Sequence record: MK327931.1
Strand: one strand, 5' to 3'
Length of the DNA stretch: 64,000 nucleotides
The notes beneath the pieces are model-generated. The model was not told the DNA's origin, did no database searches, and saw only the letters and a list, made by a program, of their open reading frames with translations. Shown piece after piece: positions 51,362 through 64,000 of this stretch. Within the stretch, counting starts at the first letter, position 1. Each line of letters begins with the position of its first letter. The position numbers and the translations under genes were made by a program.

Positions 51362-51402
51362 TAAAGGACAAGGAAGACCCATAAGGTCTTCCATTAAATA
51401 TA

Positions 51403-52815
51403 TCAATTGTCTGATTTAGGAGTAAAGTCAATCTTTCTTAGTTCTTTTAGTTCAGATTTATAAATGTCCCAAATTAAGTCATGATTAGATAACAGTTCAT
51501 TGTACTTATCCATCAAATCAAGATTATCTTGAATATCTTGTAGTACTGATTGATAATTATCTTGCGTCCAGCGATATGAAGGGAAGTTTACAATGCTTTG
51601 AATATTCTCTTCCGTTGCTTCAATTTCGGTATTTAACGATTTAACGAATTCAACCATTTCAGCACGGTTTGCAAATCCTTTTACCTTAGCAATCATATCA
51701 TTATCGAAACATTCTTTAATTAGAATTTTATAACGAACTTCAGCAGCACAATCATCAAGTTTCTTTTCATAACGCTTGATGTAATATTTGAAACGGAAAT
51801 CAACGAAGTCTTTAATCAAATCCATCGTAGTATCGTAAACTTTCACTTTGCCATTTTCACCTAGAACAGTTAAATGTTGAGTCATTTTTTTGTTAATGCC
51901 AAAATACTCAATAACATCCATCTCTGTCCATTTAGCTGACGTTCCACGTGGAAGTTTAATGGTAATATCAATTACATCAGTACTATCATTGTCATAATCA
52001 CGAATCTCACCATCATCACTCATTTTGATTAGTTTTTCGATGAATTTCTCAATACTGTAATTAGGTGGTAAGCCTGTTACTTTAACAGTGCTTGCATCAA
52101 TAACCTCAGCTTTACCATAGAATTCATACTTATTTTCATCAAGCTTAGTCACAACATCACTTGCACCACATGAAACATAATATGGGGTCATTTCTTTTAG
52201 TGGTTTTTTATCAATAGCACGAATGCAATTATCAATAATATCTTCAATTTTATGTGGTAGAATTGTACTCTTATAACCAACTGACATACTATCATTACCA
52301 AACAATGATAATGGAATAATAGGCAAGAAATGAACAGGTTCATATGTTGTCCCGTCATAGTTCTCTTTCATTGGTATAATATCAGCATCACGCAAAACAA
52401 GCATCTCAGTACTCTTATTCTTTTTAACATAAGTGTAACGAGCAGATGCTGGCGTACTGTTTACTTGTGTACCAAAACCACCACGTTTTCCAATAAGAGG
52501 ATAGTTGTTAGCTACTGGAGATGCTAGATTTTGAAGTGTTCCTGATGCTGACGTGTCCCCATGAAGATAGATACCATCACTAATCATTTTTCCAGCACAT
52601 GATACTGTTTTAATTTCCCCACTAATTTTAGATAATGTGAAGATTGCTTTACGTTGTGAACTCTTTAGACCATCAATTCCAGGAATAGCACGGTCTAGTG
52701 TATACATCGAATATTCTAGTGATGTTGTATTCACATAATCAGAACTGTTATAATCTAGTAGAGTTAGTGTTTGGTTATCGATATTATTATTTTCTGTTTT
52801 TTTACTTTTAGCCAT
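51403..52815 (-). CDS. gp52: DNA topoisomerase II medium subunit (GyrA/ParC-like)
   Basis: DGLKSSQRK, YLHGD, catalytic ASARY. Confidence 0.95.
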   Translation of the reverse strand: MAKSKKTENNNIDNQTLTLLDYNSSDYVNTTSLEYSMYTLDRAIPGIDGLKSSQRKAIFTLSKISGEIKTVSCAGKMISDGIYLHGDTSASGTLQNLASPVANNYPLIGKRGGFGTQVNSTPASARYTYVKKNKSTEMLVLRDADIIPMKENYDGTTYEPVHFLPIIPLSLFGNDSMSVGYKSTILPHKIEDIIDNCIRAIDKKPLKEMTPYYVSCGASDVVTKLDENKYEFYGKAEVIDASTVKVTGLPPNYSIEKFIEKLIKMSDDGEIRDYDNDSTDVIDITIKLPRGTSAKWTEMDVIEYFGINKKMTQHLTVLGENGKVKVYDTTMDLIKDFVDFRFKYYIKRYEKKLDDCAAEVRYKILIKECFDNDMIAKVKGFANRAEMVEFVKSLNTEIEATEENIQSIVNFPSYRWTQDNYQSVLQDIQDNLDLMDKYNELLSNHDLIWDIYKSELKELRKIDFTPKSDN

Positions 52816-52865
52816 TCCATTGTCTCTTGGTAAAAGGGGAACACCATGTTCCCCATTAGTCTATA

Positions 52866-54830
52866 TTATTCCATCCAGTTCTTACGATCATCTGCACGTT
52901 TCTTGTTGAAAATCAAATCAAGAGTTTCTCCAAGACGTCCATCATCGGTGATCGCTACTGCAACACTATTAGTGAATGCATCACGGAAGTTTGCTTTTTC
53001 TAAAGTTCCTAAACCTTTTGCACGCGTTGCTTTCCAGCCTTTCCAATCATCTGGGTTATATTCATGCACATTATGACCATAGTAGTATTTTGATTCTTTA
53101 CCTTTCTCAAGAATGATAAATGGTGTTTTGAATACATACACAAATGGATTTTCTGGGTCTTGAAACAATTCAGGCCAGAATTTAAATAAGAAGTTACACA
53201 CTAGAGCACCAATGTTCTTCCCATCTTCATCTTCATCAGCACAGATGTAAAGCTTACCATAGTTTAGTTCAGAACGTTCTGCTTTAACACCTGGAACTAA
53301 GTTGATACTAGCCATTATATCATGTAAAGCCATTGAATCCATTAATTCTTTGGTTTTCTCAGTACCACTGACGTTCATAATTTTCCCACGCAATGGTAGA
53401 ATACCATGAATACTTGGTATACGAGCACTAGCCATGTTGGAAATTGCAGAGTCACCTTCTGCAATCAATAGAATACACTGTGAACGGTCTGTTCCAGTAC
53501 TATCCAATAGTTTTGCAACTTTACCTTTTAGAAGTTTCTTTGCTAGGCGACGATCTTCTTCTGCATCTTTCTTATTTGTACGGGCAGCACAACGTTCGAA
53601 GATTTCATCAACCCATTCTTTGTTCTTCTTAACTAATTCATCAAACCATTCGGTACTCATAGCTTGTTGAATTGGACGGATTACGTTTTCATTAGTTAGT
53701 TTAGATTTAATCTGTGAGTTGAATGAAGGTGCTTTCATAGTTGTGACATTATAAATCAACAAACCTTCTTCAATATCAGAACGATTAGGTTTCATCCTAC
53801 GTTTCTTAGATTCTTTCTCTAGTGCAGTTCCTACACCGAGTGAGAAGAATTTCTTGAATGTATCAAGATGTGTACCACCATCAAATGCAGGAGCATTGTT
53901 AACCAACCCATGCATATGGAAATTCGTGTTCATGCCAGCTACTGCATTAGGAACAATATAAAAAGTACTGTTAAAATTGAATGAATCATCTTTAACATTC
54001 AACTGCATTAATTTAGATGCATTGAAGAGTGCTTTTTCAGTGTTTCCTTTAATAGCAATACGTTTCCCGTTCAGAAAGATTTTATAAGTTGGGTTAGCTG
54101 CTGCCATTTCTTTAAGAATACTATAAAGTAATTCGGTTGGTAGTTTTCTGTTTGGAAAAACTTCTTTACTCAAAGTAAAACGAATTGTTGTTCCAGTTTT
54201 ATCGGTTTGTACCTTTCTAATAGTAGGTTCGTGTACATGAAGCTCAGGGAACATAATAGTTCCTTCCTCAAACTTCTGATTGAACTTATAAAACCCATCA
54301 TAACCATCATTACTACTTTGTGTTTTATACGGACGACCTTGGCGATGAATTTCTAACTCTGCCTTAGAACTGACAATCATTGCAACAGAACCACCTAAAC
54401 CATTCTGACCAATCGTTTCATCACGTTTTGAATCGTCAAAGTTACGGCCTGTTTTTGTTTCAGTCATTACCATAGTACACAAGTTTTTCTGATACTCTGG
54501 AACATAATCAATTGGAATACCACGTCCATTGTCACTAATTTCAAATGATAGTTCTTCTTCATTGAAATCAACTTTCAAAACAGGTTCTTTGGTTCCAGCT
54601 TTTTTAAATTCATCTAAGCTGTTATCAATAATTTCACGTGTAGCAGTAAGAATTGCAGGAACCCATTCTACGTTCTTAACCTCATAACCTGATTCGCCAA
54701 AAATCAGTACTTGACTTTCATGCACTGAACGAGAACCAAGATACATCTCGGTACGCAAACGAGCATGTTGATAATCATTTAGTCGTTGAACATCATGTTC
54801 CTGTAGAACAGCACTTTCTTTCTTAGCCAT
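52866..54830 (-). CDS. gp39: DNA topoisomerase II large subunit (gp39+gp60 fused; GyrB/ParE-like)
   Basis: GHKL (EIIDNSLDE, DNGRGIP, GQNGLG) plus TOPRIM (EGDSA, PLRGK, DEDEDG). Confidence 0.95.
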   Translation of the reverse strand: MAKKESAVLQEHDVQRLNDYQHARLRTEMYLGSRSVHESQVLIFGESGYEVKNVEWVPAILTATREIIDNSLDEFKKAGTKEPVLKVDFNEEELSFEISDNGRGIPIDYVPEYQKNLCTMVMTETKTGRNFDDSKRDETIGQNGLGGSVAMIVSSKAELEIHRQGRPYKTQSSNDGYDGFYKFNQKFEEGTIMFPELHVHEPTIRKVQTDKTGTTIRFTLSKEVFPNRKLPTELLYSILKEMAAANPTYKIFLNGKRIAIKGNTEKALFNASKLMQLNVKDDSFNFNSTFYIVPNAVAGMNTNFHMHGLVNNAPAFDGGTHLDTFKKFFSLGVGTALEKESKKRRMKPNRSDIEEGLLIYNVTTMKAPSFNSQIKSKLTNENVIRPIQQAMSTEWFDELVKKNKEWVDEIFERCAARTNKKDAEEDRRLAKKLLKGKVAKLLDSTGTDRSQCILLIAEGDSAISNMASARIPSIHGILPLRGKIMNVSGTEKTKELMDSMALHDIMASINLVPGVKAERSELNYGKLYICADEDEDGKNIGALVCNFLFKFWPELFQDPENPFVYVFKTPFIILEKGKESKYYYGHNVHEYNPDDWKGWKATRAKGLGTLEKANFRDAFTNSVAVAITDDGRLGETLDLIFNKKRADDRKNWME

Positions 54831-54929
54831 TTGAATTCCTTATCATGTCTCTTTGTCATAAAACATTGTATCACCAATGTTTTGTTTGTCTCAAAAAAAA
54901 ATATCGGAACAATTTGTCCCGATATATTA

Positions 54930-55720
54930 TTATTTTACTAACATAAGTTGAAGTTCGGCACTTGGACTTGATTCATCATCACTCCAGTACTTATGAACCT
55001 TATCTGGACTCGCCTTTGCAAGTACTTCACCACCACCAACAATATAAACTTGATGGGAACCAATTAAACGGGTCCAGAATTTAATTGCATCATCAGTATG
55101 CAGACTATCACTCAGAACTTTAATACCATGTGATATCATATCCATAAAAATATTATAAATTATACCTTTAGTTCCAGTTTTAGATGCAGTTGCGGCAATT
55201 TCAAAAACGTTTTGAACACCAAGTACTGCATCATTGGATAAATGCCCACTAACTATAGCAAGCTGTTTACCAGACTTATCGTAAGCGATAAATCCAGTAC
55301 CGTTTTTGTTCATATATACATCATAGTCTTTATGTTCTGCGAACTTAACCATGTTGTGCTTACCTGTCATTTCGGCAGTTTTATCGACAAACTCGTCTCG
55401 GTCTTGACCTTGAAAACTATCGAAACGTTGTGGCATTTCATCCAACTTATCTTTGTCGTCTTCACATGAATCCATTATATCACAAGTTCTGTCGTCTGTA
55501 TCAGCTAATTCTGCATCTTGTACAATATCGACTAAACTACGCATACTTGCTTCTTTTACTTTATTAGGAAGTTTAGAACTTTTTTTAAGATTTCCTTCCT
55601 TTTCATCAGCGGCATTCCATTCTTTAGCAGCACTTTGCGAAATTCCAGCTTTCTTTGCAAATTCTGGATTGTGTGCGGCGGCTGCGAAGAATTTAGCCTG
55701 ACTTTTACTCTTACTTGGCA

Positions 55721-55721
<1 letters not shown>
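54930..55721 (-). CDS. hypothetical late protein
   Basis: N-terminal MPSKSKSQAKFFAAAAHNPEFAKKAGI module fused to a GNAT-like or unknown domain. Confidence 0.7.
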
Positions 55722-57886
<2,165 letters not shown>

Positions 57887-57898
57887 TAAGTCTATATT

Positions 57899-58961
<1,063 letters not shown>

Positions 58962-59030
58962 GTAATAAAAGCTCCAATATGATTTTAATGTTTTGTTCGA
59001 TAGTAATTATAGGATAGAACATTAGTTCTG

Positions 59031-59225
59031 TCAAGCACTATCATTGTGTTTTTTAATTGCTTCACAGATTGCTTGAACTTGAACAAGATAAGTTTTTGCA
59101 AATTCTGCTTGGGTTCGCACACGGGGGTTCGGTGCGTCTTTGATCATAAGTTCTAGGTCATAAACTACCTTATCAAAAACTCCCTTGTCTTCAATAATAC
59201 GATCATAAAATGTTTTGTCAGTCAT
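59031..59225 (-). CDS. hypothetical protein
   Basis: ORF with GGAG SD. Confidence 0.7.
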   Translation of the reverse strand: MTDKTFYDRIIEDKGVFDKVVYDLELMIKDAPNPRVRTQAEFAKTYLVQVQAICEAIKKHNDSA

Positions 59226-59248
59226 GTCAAGAACTCCATGTTATAAAA

Positions 59249-59839
59249 TTATAATTTAACGTAAGATACTACAGATGCATCAGAAACAGAAGGAACATTA
59301 AGATACACGTTCTCATACTCAATAAAATCAACAGTACTCGTAGTAAGAGCATTCTTGATACGTTGTATGGTTTTTTGTACAGTAATTTCTTCATTTTCTA
59401 GTGCATTAGTGCCATTACCTTTCAATGAATCATTGATTAGTGTTTGGATAATCTCAGCAGCTTTTGCTGTTTTCATATCTTCAGTAGTTAGTGCTGCTTG
59501 TTCTGCAACACTCAAAGTACTAAGAAAAGGTTGATAACTAATATATCCAACGGTGATTGTTGCACCAGTTGGAATCGTTTTTGCAGTTCCTGGTGTAGCA
59601 AATTCAACATTGCTATAAACTGGTACTGAATAAGTTGAAAGCAAACGAGAAAGTTGTAGGTAACGCAAAAGTGCAATTGACTTATCAATAGTTTGCTGGT
59701 CAGTCGGTGCGGTTGTTGGGGAAGATGAATCATAATCACCATACATATAATATGGGATATTATCTAGGTTCGTCCCTGCAACTTCAATTTTAAATACTTG
59801 TAGTAAATTGTTCATTGTATATTCTTCTCCATAATACAA
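59249..59839 (-). CDS. hypothetical late, probably structural protein
   Basis: AATAAATA upstream (59852-59859); Thr/Ala-rich. Confidence 0.65.
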   Translation of the reverse strand: MYYGEEYTMNNLLQVFKIEVAGTNLDNIPYYMYGDYDSSSPTTAPTDQQTIDKSIALLRYLQLSRLLSTYSVPVYSNVEFATPGTAKTIPTGATITVGYISYQPFLSTLSVAEQAALTTEDMKTAKAAEIIQTLINDSLKGNGTNALENEEITVQKTIQRIKNALTTSTVDFIEYENVYLNVPSVSDASVVSYVKL

Positions 59840-59898
59840 AACACTTTTGATTATTTATTATTAAAAATCAAAAATATTTACGTATAACATTTAGTCTT

Positions 59899-61242
59899 TT
59901 AGAATCGTGCATTTTGTCTCAACATAACACTATAACGTGGACGTGTCATGGCAGTGTATAAAATTCTACACTTAGTATCATTTGTACCAATACGTTCAAT
60001 AAAATCAGTATCAAACCAAATGTTATCAAAAGTACTTCCTTGCGATTTATGAACAGTTGTTGCGTAAGGATAATTGATAATATGCAATTTATTCTTTATT
60101 ACATAGTAATCCTGCCACATATATGGTTTCTTTGTCAATGGATTTATTTCTTTTTTCTCAATATCCTTAACAAGTTTATCTAGTTTTTCGTCCATTGCAA
60201 TTCTTGTTTCTGGTCCTACGCCTAAAATATAACTACCATTAGGTAAACGGAATTGCCAACAATCTATTCCCATGAAACTTTCACGTTTCACTTCAGGACA
60301 TTGTATAATTTGTTGTACTACATATGGACTATTCTCAGTTATGCTTTCAAAAACAATTGGTTCACCTTTAGTAAATTCATCTGGTACTTCAAATAGTTGA
60401 CTTCTAATGTAAATATTAGCCAAATTAACTCGATAGTTAGTATATGCTAAGATTTTATTTTCATTTACGAAATCAAATATTTTTTTAGATGAACCCTTGT
60501 TTTCCATAATAAATTCACGATAAACATCTAAAAATAAATCTTCATCATCAATAGGTGTAATAGTGCTTAAACCATATGTCTGATGCATAATATCAAATGG
60601 ATTTTTACTAGTTCCAATACACTCTCGAATAGCAGTTGCAACTGCCAAAATCGGATTATCCAATGCTTGACGTAAAACCTCAGTTAACTCATATTGAACA
60701 GGTACATCAAACGTAGGAGACAATTTAGTCTCTCCCATTGTACCTTCGGACTCAACTGGGGGCAATTGACAACGATCACCAATGAATAAAACTGCTCGAC
60801 GGACACGCCACAATTGATCCTGAATATGTTGGAATAATTCTTCTGAAATCATACTACACTCATCAACAATAAGAATGTCAACGTTAGTATTACTAACTTT
60901 ACTTTGGGGATCATGTTTCAGTACTTGACGATTCTTTTCATATACTAATTTTAGTCCTAAAAAAGAGTGTATTGTACTAACTTGTGCATCTTCCTTAGTA
61001 AGACCAGCATTATTGATTAGCATATTACGAATAACAGCATTGGCTTTATGTGTAGGTGAAGTTACTGCAATATTATAGTTTTTACATAGTGCTTTTACAA
61101 TCTCAGCAGTAGTGAATGTTTTTCCAGTTCCTGCTGGGGCAGACAAAACCGAAATGGTCTTACCTGCATAGTTGTAAACACGATCTATAAAATCATCAAA
61201 GATTTCTTGTTGCTTATCCGTAAGCTTAATTTTACTCATCAT
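59899..61242 (-). CDS. dda: Dda-like SF1B DNA helicase
   Basis: APAGTGKT, VDECSM, GDRCQLPPV, YATTVHKSQGSTF. Confidence 0.9.
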   Translation of the reverse strand: MMSKIKLTDKQQEIFDDFIDRVYNYAGKTISVLSAPAGTGKTFTTAEIVKALCKNYNIAVTSPTHKANAVIRNMLINNAGLTKEDAQVSTIHSFLGLKLVYEKNRQVLKHDPQSKVSNTNVDILIVDECSMISEELFQHIQDQLWRVRRAVLFIGDRCQLPPVESEGTMGETKLSPTFDVPVQYELTEVLRQALDNPILAVATAIRECIGTSKNPFDIMHQTYGLSTITPIDDEDLFLDVYREFIMENKGSSKKIFDFVNENKILAYTNYRVNLANIYIRSQLFEVPDEFTKGEPIVFESITENSPYVVQQIIQCPEVKRESFMGIDCWQFRLPNGSYILGVGPETRIAMDEKLDKLVKDIEKKEINPLTKKPYMWQDYYVIKNKLHIINYPYATTVHKSQGSTFDNIWFDTDFIERIGTNDTKCRILYTAMTRPRYSVMLRQNARF

Positions 61243-61269
61243 TCCCTCGACTGATTTTTACATTTCAAG

Positions 61270-62572
<1,303 letters not shown>

Positions 62573-62657
62573 ATTACTTCTTTCTCCATATAAACTATGT
62601 AAAACGTAAAATTGGGTAAATACTTTATAAAAATAACAATAAGATTGGAGATTAACA

Positions 62658-64000
<1,343 letters not shown>

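Noticed and set aside
52866-54830. T4 gene-60-like translational bypass or intron in topoisomerase
   Set aside because: The ORF is continuous from the GHKL to the TOPRIM domain with no insertion

Overview
This window is from an AT-rich (roughly 30-32% GC by eye) lytic jumbo myophage. Almost all genes are on the minus strand. The gene set includes a sigma70-like factor, T4-type topoisomerase II, clamp loader, Dda helicase, RNase H, DHFR, GroES, IF3, ClpS, TelA, a DnaE fragment and tRNAs. I infer from this a Rak2/GAP32-like enterobacterial jumbo phage; no database search was run. About 1-38 kb is an accessory region of small early genes with near-consensus sigma70 promoters, 7 tRNA genes and two expanded paralog families. 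About 38-64 kb holds replication and host-takeover genes plus late genes with T4-like TAAATA promoters. Main unexplained signals: (1) several intergenic structured RNAs carrying anti-Shine-Dalgarno-like CCUCC motifs (14.5, 16.0, 33.5 kb), one of them complementary to a GGGGAGG motif in a ~270-nt pseudoknot-capable RNA (16.3-16.6 kb); (2) a ~490-nt GC-rich non-coding RNA candidate after the sigma gene; (3) 20 divergent proteins sharing a C-terminal EExFFQxSTxxD motif; (4) roughly 6-fold over-representation of the palindrome AGTACT; (5) atypical tRNAs, namely Ser with anticodon ACU and a CAU tRNA with a long variable arm. Three single-base frameshifts and one exact 153-bp duplication may be real or may be assembly errors. 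All functional calls come from motif recognition by eye.
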